A DNA stretch of 64,000 nt from Octopus sinensis (Eukaryota): assembly GCF_006345805.1 (NCBI RefSeq), contig NC_043026.1, positions 3,906,001 to 3,970,000 of the forward strand. Direction: 5' to 3'. Below the pieces are notes generated by a model that saw nothing but the letters and a program-made list of their open reading frames with translations, was not told the DNA's origin and made no database searches. Positions 22,801-36,810 of this stretch are shown piece after piece (position 1 is the first letter of the stretch; every line of letters begins with the position of its first letter). The translations under genes were made by a program, and so were the position numbers.

Positions 22801-23251
22801 ATGTATATACATTTATATATACATTTATACTACAAGCCCCCCATACACAGAAGGCCAAGTTGACCTTAGCCATTCACTAAAATTAACTATATACCTATGG
22901 GACCACAGAGATTTTATCTAAATGTCAGATGGGCCATAATGCGGTTCGAACCAGGGACCCCAGAGTTGCTATAAAATAACAAAAAAAATGAAAAAAATGG
23001 AAGTAGGTGGTGCAGTTCGCAGTTTGTTCCTGTTGCCCTACTTGTAATTTCGGTATATATATAATTAAAATAATTTGGGTCTAATTAATTAAGTTGTGGA
23101 GGTCAAGTTTGGATCATGGCTTGGAAGAAAACTGAAATTTTTTAGTCTATTATTTCACGTGTTTCTCAATGTGTTGTCAGACAAAGAAAGGGTCGAAGGG
23201 TCACCGTTTTGAGGCTGCGCTTAGGGCATCTGTTGGCCTTAATCCGGCCCT

Positions 23252-23283
<32 letters not shown>

Positions 23284-23420
23284 GTGTGTGTGTGTGTATG
23301 TTTATGTGTGTGTGTTTGTATGTTTGTGTGTGTTTATGTGTGTGTGTGTTTATGTATGTATGTGTGTGTTTATGTGTATGTATGTATATATATATATTTG
23401 TGCATGTATGTAAATATGTG

Positions 23421-23474
<54 letters not shown>

Positions 23475-23582
23475 CATACATATATATATACATACATATA
23501 TATATTATATATATATATACATACATATATATATACATACATATATATATATACATACATATATATATATATATACATACAT

Positions 23583-23630
<48 letters not shown>

Positions 23631-23700
23631 CATATATATATATATTATTATATATATATATACACCTTTGTGTGTGTGTATATATGTATGCACACACACT
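20570..23700. repeat. Cluster of (TA)n, (CTAT)n, (TG/TA)n microsatellites with short unique or relic spacers
   Basis: Direct reading: 20570-20715, 20850-21220, 21960-22450, 23250-23700. Confidence 0.9.
21700..21875 (-). mobile_element. Highly diverged SINE family A head
   Basis: cagtttccgtc...cccactcataaggctttg...cagtagaaggc...ccaaggtg...gaacccggaacc aligns by eye with the family A head. Confidence 0.6.
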
Positions 23701-23864
23701 TTGAGGAAGACTGAATTATTAATCTTGAAGAATTATCACGCGAAAACATAGATGTTTTTTTCCAGGTTTCTTTTACCTTAAATTTGAAATGTTTAGCATG
23801 GAATTGGGTGACGTACATCATGACAATCAGTTATATATAGACAGAAGATACCTATATATATATA

Positions 23865-23908
<44 letters not shown>

Positions 23909-24179
23909 GGTTGATTTGCTCCAGGTTAATCCTGAGCATACCTATGTTGAAAGTTATTTCAGTTTTTACCATTCCGTATTTTATAATAGGGTAAGGCTGT
24001 CTTGGACTACCCGATCTAATGTTTGTCCTTCCATTTTTTTAATTTCTTCTTTCTCTTTTTTGTGAAGACGAGTGTTCAATGTTGAGAGAGATGTGGTTAC
24101 TCTTTTTAACAGGTCAGGTCAAACGACAACGCATAGGCTTCCTCGTTGGCTTGTGATATGTGTGTATATACATACACAC

Positions 24180-25907
24180 ACACACACGTATTAGTACAAA
24201 ATATTTGAATGAAAGATGTAGTAAAACCATGTCCCCGCAATATTTAATGATTTAATATGCCTATTAACCTTTTAAAATGGTTTGTTTAAGAAATTTGAGA
24301 AATTCGTTGTTTAAAAAGCTTTGTTCAAATGTGTCGTCTGGGTGCCCAGACACATGTAATATACAGTCGTAGTGTGAATGAAAACTTGTTGTTTATAAAC
24401 GTACATTTATATATACATGATCGAAGAAAAACATTTCAATGGAGAAATATGGAAAAACTTGTGAAAATGTTAAATATGTTTAATTTACAGACATTTATTT
24501 GATGTTTTCTCCGCATTAAAACTGATATTTTGACATCGTCTGCCCATTTATAGACTACAACATCCGACGCAACACAAATATACTCAGATACAAATATCTA
24601 TGTACATATATATATAAATGTGGGGGGAAAAAAAACTATCGGCGTATATATAGATATATTTGGTGTTAAAAATTTCACTGAGAGATATAGAAAAATTCAT
24701 GAGAAGGATACTTCAATGAATTGTTTATCATTTTAACATGTTTATTAACCTCAAAAAGTTATTTTAAATTAGGGCAGAACCTTCTTCATGTTCCGTCTAG
24801 GTCAGACAGACAGTCGAGTGTTTGTACATATATTTGGATAATCGGTTATGATTTTCAAGGAGAAATCCAGGAAAAGTTGTGGGAAAATCAAATACATTGA
24901 AAGTTCAGTGATTTTTCTGGGTCCTGACGTTGATATTTTAAGCTGAGGGTCGTCGAAATACTTTTCGATTGCCCATTGTAAACGACATGCCACCGAAGGA
25001 GGAAGACTCTAGAGGCAGTCGCTTGGTCTGCTGGAAACAACAGCCAGATACTCCCTATCACTATCTTGCCGAAATACACGTTTATTGTTCGAAAGGTAAG
25101 AATCATTAGATAATGTACTTGTAGATATGCCTAAAGAAAAAATAAAACGGGATGGTTAGGTTTCGTATCCTTTTGATCAAGGCTGACCTAGGGCTAAACA
25201 ATACGCATAGATATGAGTGCACACATATATATGTACTCACGCTTATATATAAATATATATATATTAATTGATGATTTAATATATAAAAAAAACTCATTTA
25301 AAATTCCTGGAAATTGTTTGGGTGTTAGATACATGTGTGTGAGTATATATATATATGTGTATATATGTATACATACGTTGACGGAGTGCGAAAACTTGAT
25401 GTCTATACGTTTATTATATATGAACGAAGAAAGCAACATTTTGAAGGAGAAATATAGAAAAACTTGTGGAAAAGTCGAATATGTTGAATTTTCAGTGATT
25501 TCTTTCGATATTTTCACCGTTTGAATAACCGATATTTTTGATATCACATGAAAAAAAAACACATCTCACGTTTGCCCATTGTAGACAGACAACAGCATCC
25601 GACACAACAAGCTTATATACATATATATATATATATATGTTTATATATATACATATATATATGTATATATATCTCACACACACACACGGTGTGGATAAAC
25701 TAATGTATGTATATTTGAGGGGAAATATTCCGATGAGATAGATCTATAGATAAATGGAGGAAAAAAGACATGAATTATTTAATATATTAACATGTTTATT
25801 ACCATAGTAAGTAATTTTGAATTAGGGCAAAAACCTCTGTTTTTTTTTTTAAGTGTCAGACAGTCCGGTGTGGGGTGAAAACTATATGTGCATATGTATG
25901 TACGTAG

Positions 25908-25939
<32 letters not shown>

Positions 25940-25940
25940 C

Positions 25941-26000
<60 letters not shown>

Positions 26001-26005
26001 GTCTG

Positions 26006-26075
<70 letters not shown>

Positions 26076-26718
26076 TATTGTGTTTGTAGTGACACATTTA
26101 TTCATATAAACATACACTCGCGCGCACACATATGTATACACACACACATATATTTGGGTGTAGGAAAACATTTTCAAGGAGAAATCGAAAGAAACTTATG
26201 GAAAAGTCAAAGATGTTGAAAGTTCAGTGATTTTTTTGGGGGGATTTCAAAACTAATATTTTAATATCGGAGAGGAAAAAACATTTCTCGTCTGCCCATT
26301 ATCGATGGCAGCATCCGATACTATCATACGGAGTGTGCAAACTATTGATGTATAATATATATATATACTGATATATATGTATGTTTAGTGTAAAATATTT
26401 GAATGAAATGTATTTATAAACTTATTACAAAACCATCTTTATGTATATATGAATGATATGTTTATTAAACCACCATAAAAATAAATAATGCTCTCTTTAA
26501 ATTTCCATGCAAAGCCTGTTTTCATGTGTCGTCTGGTTGTCAGACACATGTGTATACATGCTGTCTCGGAAGGTGAAAACTTGATGTATATACATATATA
26601 CACATGTATATCTTGCTTTTATCTTTTACTTTTTTCATTTATTGAACTGCGGTCATGCTGGGGCACCACCTTGAACAGATTTTGCTGAACGAATCGATCC
26701 CTATACTTATATTGTGTT

Positions 26719-26766
<48 letters not shown>

Positions 26767-27717
26767 GCACACACATACGCGCGTGTGTATAAACACGCAC
26801 GCATTTATGTATATATACTTGGATGGGGGAAAAAAATCGGAGAATTACAGAAAAAGAACTTGTGAAGAAGTTAAATATGTCGAAAGTTCTGTGATTTCTT
26901 TGTAACACTTCTCGCCTGTCCATTTATAGAAGAATGAGTCGGTGAGGCCTGTATGTAGGTCGCTTGACCTCCTAGAAATAGCACCCGCGTTTTTTTTTTC
27001 TTCCTTCAAAGCGCACTCTTACCGTTTTAGAAGCTGATCACAATGTTTGGACAGTGTATTAAGTGATTGATGCATTCAATTGCAAGGAAAACGACAGGAC
27101 GGTCATGCTTAGAAGGCTTTTCTTGATCATAGGTCCTGGGCCTAATAAGAACAGACATAGTAAGTGGTGCACGCACGAATATGTGTGTGTGTTTGTGGTG
27201 TGTATATATATATGTATGTATATATATATATATATATTATATATATATATAATATATTATATATGCACACACATACGCGCGTGTGTATAAACACGCACGC
27301 ATTTATGTATATATACTTGGATGGGGGAAAAAAATCGGAGAATTACAGAAAAAGAACTTGTGAAGAAGTTAAATATGTCGAAAGTTCTGTGATTTCTGTA
27401 ACACTTCTCGCCTGTCCATTTATAGAAGATGAGTCGCGTGAGGCCTGTATGTAGGTCGCTTGACCTCCTAGAAATAGCACCCGCGTTTTTTTTTTCTTCC
27501 TTCAAAGCGCACTCTTACCGTTTTAGAAGCTGATCACAATGTTTGGACAGTGTATTAAGTGATTGATGCATTCATTGCAAGGAAAACGACACAGGACGGT
27601 CATGCTTAGAAGGCTTTTCTTGATCATAGGTCCTGGCCTAATAAGAACAGACATAGTAAGTGGTGCACTCACGAATATGTGTGTGTGTTTGTGTGTGTAT
27701 ATATATATAGTATGTAG

Positions 27718-27783
<66 letters not shown>

Positions 27784-27800
27784 ATACACACACACGTAGT
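24180..27800 (+). repeat. Old degenerate array interleaved with (TA)n; last two units are a recent ~540 bp duplication
   Basis: Block resembling ggagaaatat.gaaaaacttgtg.aaa.gt..aatatgt...gtctgcccatt.tag recurs at ~24430, 24860, 25440, 26170, 26835, 27335. Confidence 0.65.
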
Positions 27801-28329
27801 ACAAGGTATTAGTATAATTAGTAATTATATTTATTCAGCTGATGCCGTGTGCCGTTACTCAGAGTTTACGGTTTCTTTTTCGCTCAATCAGACAAATGTT
27901 GATCTCTGATATTAAATGTAGGAGTTAAAGAGGAAAGAAAATTTTCACTGAGGTATATAGAAAAGCTCTAGATATATAAATATGGGAAAGTTGAAATCTT
28001 CCTTCTGTTTCGTTTTCGAGAAGGATTCGGGGTTCGATATCAAGAATGGCACTTTGTATATATCGCCCTTCATCAGCAGGCGATAGCCTACATTACATCC
28101 TATACACAAACATATGTATATTCGGAATACCCATACTTATATACGCACACACACACACACACACGTGTGTGTGTGTGTATACGTAAATGTGTTTGTATGT
28201 ATATATTTATTTATATATATATGTGTGTGTATTGGGCTTGTATGAAGACCCTATCTCTCTGCCTTTATACACTCACTTCTGACTGTCCACTTTGACCTGT
28301 TTTGACACTGTTGTTGCTACAGGGACACA

Positions 28330-30629
28330 GACTCTGTCTCTCTCTCTTTCTCTCTGACCTCCTTTGACACAGTTCTCTTACTCTTTCTGTCTGCCTCTCC
28401 CTCTATCATCCTCTCTCTGTTTGTACGCTCTCACTCTCTCTCTCTCTCTCTCTCTCCATTTCTGTAGCTTCTGACCTCTTTCTCAATCTTTCCTTTTCCT
28501 TCTTTCTCTATCTCTCTCTTACTGCCTTTGCCTCTCTCTCTCACTACTTTCCTCCCTCTTTCTTTCTACCTCTGTCTTTCATTGTCTCCCTACCTTTTCC
28601 TCTTTGTCGATGCATTTCTCTTTCTCTCTCTCTATATATATTCCACTTTCTATTTATCCCTCTCTTTGCCCGGTTTCTTTCTCTCTCTATTTATCCCCTC
28701 ACCTTTTCCTTGCCTCTGTTTCTCTCTTTCTCATTTCTTTCTCTCTATTTCTCTTCCTCTCTCTATTTCTCTTCCTTTCTCTACTTCTCTGCTTCTCTTT
28801 TATACAGTTTAGTCGTTCTCTCTCCTCTCTTTCTCACCCCCCTTTCTCTCACTATTTCTCTTTCTCTTCCTCTATTTCTATGCTTTTTTTCACGTTATTC
28901 AACCGCGCTCTCTCTCTCCTCTCTTCCTCTCTCTCTCCTCGTTCTCACATCCCTTCCTCTCTTTCTCCTCTCTTTCTCTTTCTCTCCTCGTTCTAAACAT
29001 CCCTCCCTCTCTTGTCTCTTCTCCTTCTTTCTCTGTCTCTCCTTCCGTTTCACATACCTCCCTCTCTTTCGCCTCTCTCTAGTTCTCTATCTCCGTTTCT
29101 CAAATCCCTTCCTCTCATTGCGCTCTCTTCCTCCGCTCTCTCCCCGTTCTCACATCCCTCCCTCTCTTTCTCCTCTCTTCCTCTTTCTCTCCGTCTCACA
29201 TCCTTCCCTCTCTTTCTCCTCTCCTCGTTCTCACATCCCTCCCTCTCTTTCTCCTCTCTTCCTCTCTCTCTCTCTCCTCGTTCTCACATCCTTCCCTCTC
29301 TCTCCTCTCCTCTCTCTTTCTCTCCCCGTTCTCACATCCTTCCCTCTCTTTCTCCTCTCCTCGTCCTCACATCCTTCCCTCTCTTTCTCCTCTCCTCGTT
29401 CTCACATCCTTCCCTCTCTTTCTCTCCTCTCTTCCTCTCTCTCTCTCACCCCCCCCCCCCGTCTATTACAATTCCCCTCTCCCTCTAAACATCGTCTGGC
29501 CGTGTTGTTTGTTGCTTAAGGGGTCTCCCCCCCCCATTCTTTGTCCACTCTGTTAGTTTTTGCACCATTGTTGGTTAGAAATGTCCTAGTATCTCTCTCA
29601 TTCTCTCTCTCTCTCTGCATCTGACCTGCTTTGACATAGTTGTTGGTCGAGGGACACGGTCTCCCCACTTCACTTCGTCTCCCTCTCTCTCTCTCCCTCC
29701 TCACACATTACACCATTCTATTCTCTCCCTCCTCTCCCTCCCTCTCTCTCTCTCTCCTTCCTTCTCTATCTCATCCCTTCTTTCCCTAAATTCTTATCTC
29801 TCTTTCTCTCTCATTCTTAAAGTTTATTCTTTCTGTTTCTTTTTTCCACATTCTCCTTCCCTTCCCTCCCTCCCAGTCTTTCACTCTGTCCTTTCTCTTT
29901 CTCTTTCTTAATTTTTTTCCTCACCTCTCTCCTTCCCTCCCTCCCAGTCTCTCAGTCTGTTCTTTCTCTTTCTCTTCCTTAATTTTTTTCCTCACCTCCC
30001 TCCCTCCCAGTCTCTCAGTCTTTTCTTTCTCTTTCTCTCCCTTAATTTTTTCTCACCTCTCTCTTTCCCTCCCTCCCTCCCTCCCCCCATCCCTCTCCTC
30101 CATCTCTCTCACTTTCTTTCTCTTCTTCTCTTCTCTCTCTCCTCTTAATTTTTTCTCACCTCTCTCTCTCCCCCCCCCTAAAGTCTCTCAGTCTTTTCTT
30201 TCTCTTTCTCTCCCTTAATTTTTTCTCACCTCCCTCTCTCCCTCCCAGTCTCTCAGTCTTTTCTTTCTCTTTCCCTCCCTCCCTCCCTCTCTCCCTCCTC
30301 CCTCCCTCCCAGTCTCTCAGTCTTTTCTTTCTCTTTCTCTCCCTTAATTTTTTCTCACCTCTCCCTCCCTCCCAGTCTTTCACTCTTTCCTTTCTCTTTC
30401 CCCAAATCTCTTCCCTCTCTGCTGCCTTTTTAAATCTAATCTTTCTCTATCACTCTCCCGTTATTCCCCCCCGCCCCCGCCCCGTCTCTTCGTTCTTTCA
30501 GACATATCCTCTCTCCCTCCCTCCCTCCCTCCCTCCCCCTCTCTCTCTCTCCTAATTTTCTTTCTTCTCTCTCGTCTTTCTCTTTCTCCTAATTCTCCTC
30601 TCTTCCCCCATTTCCCCGTCTCTCAACCT

Positions 30630-30675
<46 letters not shown>

Positions 30676-30700
30676 CTCCAACCCTATCCTGTCTCACAGT
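28330..30700. repeat. Pyrimidine-rich (CT)n block with embedded minisatellites
   Basis: ctcctcgttctcacatcc units at 28910-29440; taattttttctcacctc...cccagtctctcagtc units at 29860-30390. Confidence 0.9.
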
Positions 30701-30925
30701 CTGTCTTCTAAAATTTTCTACCTCTCCCCCAGTCTGTGATTCTTTCCATCATTAAGTTTGATTCTTTCTATCCATTTACCTGTCTATCCCTTTCTCCTAC
30801 ACCTACCTATCTACATATGTATGTTTATATATATATATATATTATCTATTTATCTACCCGTCTATTTCTCTCTCCCTCTCCCCGTCCATCTATCTATCTA
30901 CCCGTCCATCTATCGATCTACCCGT

Positions 30926-30970
<45 letters not shown>

Positions 30971-31264
30971 ATATATATATATCCATTTCTCTTTTGGTTT
31001 CGTCCGTCTACGATTTCTTTCACTTTCAATATATAGCTATATATCTACCCGTCTAGCTCTCTACCCGTCTATCTCGTTATCCACCCAGCCAACCTATTTA
31101 ATATATCTGCACATCTATCTACCTATCTATTCACTTATCTACCCATACTCTACCTTCCTTTCTACCTACCGTTTACCTATTTGTCTATCGGCTTACCTGT
31201 CTACCTACATATCTTATTTAACTATTTATCTACCCGTCTATTTCTCTCTCCCTTTCCCTCTATC

Positions 31265-32105
31265 TACCCGTCCATCTATCGATCTACCCGTCCATCTAAC
31301 GATCTACCCGTTCATCTATCGATCTACCCGTCCATCTATCGATCTACCCGTCCATCAATCGATCTGCCCGTCCATCTATCGATCTACCCGTCCATTTATC
31401 GATCTACCCGTCCATCTATCGATCTACCCGTTCATCAATCGATCTATCCGTCCATCTATCGATCTACCCGTCCATCTATCGATCTACCCGTCCATCTATC
31501 GATCTACCCGTCCATATATCTATCTACCCGTCCATTTATCGATCTATCCGTCCATCTATCGATCTACCCGTCCATTTATCGATCTACTCGCCCATCTAAC
31601 GATCTACCCGTTCATCTATCGATCTACCCGTCCATCTATCGATCTACCCGTCCATCAATCGATCTACCCGTCCATTTATCGATCTACCCGTCCATCTATC
31701 GATCTACCCGTCCATCTATCGATCTACCCGTCCATCAATCGATCTACCCGTCCATTTATCGATCTACCCGTTCATCTATCGATCTACCCGTCCATCTATC
31801 GATCTACCCGTCCATCAATCGATCTACCCGTCCATCTATCGATATACCCGTCCATTTATCGATATACCCGTCCATTTATCGATTTACCCGTCCATCTATC
31901 GATCTGCCCGTCCATCAATTGATCTACCCTTCCATCAATCGATCTACCCGTCCATCTATCTTTTTACCTGCCCATCTATCGATCTACCCGTCCATCAATC
32001 GATCTACCCGTCCATCTATCGATCTACCCGTCCATCAATCGATCTACCCGTCCATCTATCGATCTACCCGTCCATCTATCGATCTACCCGTTCATCTATT
32101 TACCC
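31265..32105. repeat. 20-bp minisatellite (tccatctatcgatctacccg)n, about 42 copies
   Basis: Direct reading; lines repeat in 60-bp register. Confidence 0.95.
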
Positions 32106-32276
32106 GTCTATCTACCCAGCACTCTAGTTATCTGTCTATTCATCTATCCGTCTACCTATTTATCCTTGTACTTATCTACCCGTCTATCTGTCTCTGTCTG
32201 TCTATATAATTTTCTACCTCCCTATCTCTACCAACCTATCTACATCTTTCTCTCTCTGTCTCTCTGTCTCTCTCTG

Positions 32277-32334
<58 letters not shown>

Positions 32335-32829
32335 AATATAAATATATAAATAAATGTCAGTTTACCTATGCATCTACCTGTCTGCCTGTATATCTACCTG
32401 TCTGTCTATTCATCTATCTTTATCTCCCTACTCTTGTGTCTCCAGGAAATTCTATCGGGACTTAAACCAAAATACCAGACTACAGACTCAGACTATACCA
32501 AACACAAGAACAGACCTTGGTAAGCTACACCATTCTTATCATCATTATTTTCCCCTTTTTTTTTCTCTCTTTTTCAGTCTTCCAGCAAATATGGAATATA
32601 ATATACATATGTGTGCTTACTTATGCACCTGTGTGTGTGTGTGTATATATATATATAATATATTATATATATGTATATTATATATATATAATGTATATAT
32701 ATATGTATGTATGTGTGTGTGCATATGTATGTTTATATATGTTTGTGTATGTCTATATATATATATATATATAAATTTATGTTTACATGTATGTATATGC
32801 ATATCTATATGTATGTATATGTACATGCA

Positions 32830-32906
<77 letters not shown>

Positions 32907-32986
32907 GTCTGTTTATCTATCTATCTGTCTGCCTGTCTATCTGACTGTCTGTCTATCTGTCTGTCTAAATATCTATCTATCCATCC

Positions 32987-33035
<49 letters not shown>

Positions 33036-33389
33036 ATACATATATGTGTATGTATATTTGTGTATGTCTGTGTTTGTATGTCTGTGTGTGTATGTCTGTG
33101 TATGTATATTTGTGTGTGTATGTATATATGTGTATGTATATTTGTGTGTGTATGTCTGTGTTAGTCTGTAATCCTTTTTTTCTATTTGAATTCAACATTT
33201 AATTTTCAAAATTATATATAGGACAGAATTTAAAAAACAAAAATCTACTTCCATCATCGGAAGCAAGTGCAGCCTGATAGCATGCCCCATGCATCTACTA
33301 ATTGTTTAAAGTGCCTATGGCACCACAAGCAAATATAGACACTCTGTTGGCCCTCCAAATCCGTGACCCTTTGTAATATTGAAGATAGG

Positions 33390-33695
33390 TGCAGGAGTGG
33401 CTGTGTGGTAAGTAGCTTGCTAACCAACCACATGGTTCCGGGTTCAGTCCCACTGCGTGGCATCTTGGGCAAGTGTTTTCTGCTATAGCCCTGGGCCGAC
33501 CAATGCCTTGTGAGTGGATTTGGTAGACGGAAACTGAAAGAAGCCTGTCATATTTTGACGTCTATATCTAGCATGTTGACTGTCCACTTTTCGTGTTCAG
33601 TCCTTAATTGGTATATATAAATATTTTAATCTTCGGATTCTTTTTAATATGCTAGACCACTGGTTTTAATTGACTAATATCAATTTCTACCCTTA

Positions 33696-33756
<61 letters not shown>

Positions 33757-33975
33757 ATGTGTTTGTGTGTCTGTGTTTGTCCCCCTAGCATTGCTTGACA
33801 ACCGATGCTGGTGTGTTGACGTCCCCGTAACTTAGCGGTTCAGCAAAAGAGACTGATACAATAAGTACTGAGCTTACAAAAGAATAAGTTCCAGGATCAA
33901 TTTGCTCGACTAAAGGCAGTGCTCCAGCATGGCCGCAGTCAAATGACTGAAACAAGTAAAAGAGTAAAGAGTAAA
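33390..33975 (+). mobile_element. SINE family A interrupted by ~160 bp of unrelated sequence
   Basis: Head 33390-33550, foreign segment ~33552-33705, body resumes after (TA)n. Confidence 0.8.
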
Positions 33976-34207
33976 AGAGTATGTGATTGTTGAAGAGGGA
34001 GAAGGAGGAGGAGAGAGAAATGCAGCAGTTACTTGTTGGTACTCATTTACGACTGACTGGGCCAGCGTGAAATGAAATGCCTTGCTCAAGGACAAAATGT
34101 ATGCTTCAATTGAACCTATGTTGTGATGACACTGTAACAGGATTTTTGTCCTTGGCGAGCAAACGTTATTTCTTAATTGCTTACTCTTGGAAAGTATGAA
34201 AAGTGGC

Positions 34208-34866
34208 GGATCTTTTTGGTTTGAACGGCAGTTTTTTAAAATAATTTCCACGTAACTAAACACTTTTAAACTTCGTATACTGGTAGAATGTGTCAAAATA
34301 AAACATTTTTTTCTCTTGGCTTTCTTGAGAAAATTGTAATTTGTAAGTTTAACGTAGTTTAATTTTTGGAATTTTAACCAATCGGTGGCCTCTTTTGAGC
34401 TAAAATCATTTGCTGTGTCTAAAACTGAGACAATACCCTGTCACTAACCCTAACCCTACACTAACCCTAACCCTAACCCTGTCTACTATAATTTCCATGT
34501 AACTAAACACTTTTAAACTTCGTATACTGGTAGAATGTGTTTATAAAACATTTTTTTCTCTTGGCTTTATTGAGAAAATTCTATAGTTTGTAAGATATTT
34601 GTTGTTTTTTTTCTTCAATTTCTGCAATTTCAACCAATCAATGACGTCTATTGAGGTAAATAACATTCTGTGCCGTATGAAAATGTCCCTCGTTTAAGAA
34701 ACAGATAGGGTTTATTTACATTTCTGAAGAAAAAAAAGATACCCTTCCCCCACCCCTAACCCTAAAATAGATTGAAATGCAATAGATCGATACTAGGGTC
34801 ATAATTATGGGTGACAGTTTCATATGACACCGCTAGAAAAAACTGCCGTTCAAACTGAAAAGATCC
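34208..34866. mobile_element. Second Merlin-like MITE with an internal partial duplication
   Basis: Same TIRs; flanks aaagtggc (34200-34207) and aaaatggc (34867-34874) match at 7/8; two (CCCTAA)n tracts. Confidence 0.8.
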
Positions 34867-35121
34867 AAAATGGCTAATATTTCCTTTGAACTTTGCTTTC
34901 GTTATGATATTAATTCAAACCCCAAAGAATCCCTCTCAAATCATGGCTATGATGCTCCTCCCACTATTCTTGCTCTTCGTTAGAGTTGCACATATTGTCA
35001 CCCACTAAGGGACATGTTCAAGTAGTTATGGTCAAGCAACTGACAAGCAAATCTGTGGAATTGAACAGAATATTTGCTATAATGATATTTCTGCATCAGC
35101 AACTTAGTGCTGAATCTATCT

Positions 35122-35716
35122 TTCTGGAGTGTAACCTCTCGAAAGAGCTGTTCTTCACTCCTGCTCCAGAGCGTCGGCTGCAGGGTCACTCCAAAAAGCT
35201 CTATCTGCGATGATTTCATCTCAATCGAAGGAGAGGGGCTTTCTTCGTCCGAGTTGCGGATCCGTGGAATAAGCTGCCGGACGAGATAGTGAAGATGCCG
35301 ACGACTGCTCGGTTCAAAGTCTCTCTTGACCAGAAATGGCCTGAACTCTTTGCAGGAACACCACCCTGTACATAACTCCATGTCCCCCTACATGGCCTTG
35401 CTTTTTGCCTTTTGAGCCAAAAAATTAACTTAACTATATATACACACACACATAGAGCGTCGGTGGTGGGGTCACTCCGAAAAGCTCTATCTGCGATGAT
35501 TTCATTTCAATCGAAGGAGAGGGGCTTTCTCCGTCCGAGTTGCGGATCCGTGGAATAAGCTACCGGACGAGATGGTGAAGATGCCGACGACCGCTCGGTT
35601 CAAAGTCTCTCTTGACCAGAAATGGCCTGAACTCTTTGCATGAACACCCTCCCTGTACATAACTCCATCTCCCCCTACATGGCCTTGCTTTTTGCTTTTT
35701 GAGCCAAAAAATTAAC
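35122..35716 (+). mobile_element. Two tandem 3' fragments of a second CR1-type LINE family
   Basis: RLQGHSKKLYLR*FHLNRRRGAFFVRVADPWNKLPDEIVKMPTTARFKVSLDQKW; repeated at ~35455-35716. Confidence 0.75.
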
Positions 35717-35720
35717 TTAA

Positions 35721-35941
35721 CCCTTTAGTGTTCACATTATTCTGCCAAAATTAATCCTTTTTCATCCACTTTGTTTTGAACTAATCATGCATTATCTTGG
35801 TGCTATGAGATTTTGATGAGGTAGCTGTTAATTTTTAAAACGACATTGTAGGGTTGGTGTGAGAGACCAGATCTGGCCAGTTTGAATATAAAACAGGCAG
35901 AATACTATTGGCCGGATATGGCGGGTTTAAATGCTAAAGGG
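35721..35941. mobile_element. piggyBac-type MITE family 2 (221 bp)
   Basis: TTAA|ccctttagtg...atgctaaaggg|TTAA. Confidence 0.85.
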
Positions 35942-36224
35942 TTAACTGTCTGAAATGTAATGGAAAGTAGGTCAATTTCAAAACATTGATGTCCAGATGA
36001 CAAAAGCAAAGTTTGAAGGGAATAACAGTCACTTCTTTTGATCTCTAGACAGAAGCAAATAGGAAATAAGATTTACCGTCGAAAGACAAAAAGAAATTGT
36101 AGTTTTATTACACAGTAGAATGAGCATACTCTGCCCACATTGCCATCTGCTTTCACAGGACATATATGATCGTCCTTGTTTTAACATAATTTTTTCCATG
36201 CTAGCATGGGTCAGATGATGTTTC

Positions 36225-36810
36225 ATCATCATCATCATCATCATCATCATTTAGCGTCCGTTTTCCATGCTAGCATGGGTTGGACGGTTCAACTGGGGTC
36301 TGTGAAGCCTGGAGGCTGTGCCAGGCTCCAGTCTGATCTGGCAGTGTTTCTACAGCTGGATGCCCTTCCTAACGCCAACCACTCCGTGAGTGTAGTGGGT
36401 GCTTTTTACGTGCCACCTGCACAGGTGCCAGACGAGGCTGGCAAACGGCCACGATCGGATGGTGCTTTTTACGTGCCACCTGCACAGGTGCCAGACGAAG
36501 CTGGCAAACGGCCACGATTGGATGGTGCTTTTTACGTGCCACCTGCACAGGTGCCAGACGAGGCTGGCAAACGGCCACGATCGGATGGTGCTTTTTACGT
36601 GCCACCTGCACAGGTGCCAGACGAAGCTGGCAAACGGCCACGATTGGATGGTGCTTTTTATGTGCCACCTGCACGGAGGCCAGTCAGGGCGGCGCTGGCA
36701 ATGGCCACGTTCGGATGGTTCTCTTACGTGCCACCGGCACTGGTATCACAGCTACAATTTCCATTGATGTTGATCGATTTTGATTTTGATTTTGATTTTC
36801 ACTTGCCTTG
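36225..36810 (-). mobile_element. RTE 3'UTR fragment with four 63-bp internal units
   Basis: Pseudo-ORF repeat GAFYVPPAQVPDEAGKRPRSD (21 codons) occurs four times; (CAT)n tail at ~36225-36250. Confidence 0.85.

Noticed and set aside
22915-22975. tRNA-like segment with GGTTCGAACC on the minus strand
   Set aside because: No cloverleaf, and it continues into a family-B-like SINE centre; it is a SINE head relic. The same applies to all A/B-box hits in the window.
28010-28085. Third hammerhead candidate on the minus strand (CTGATGAAGGGCGATAT...ATATCGAACCCCGAATCCTT)
   Set aside because: GAAA is replaced by GAAT, stem III is broken and stem I does not pair; at best a dead relic.
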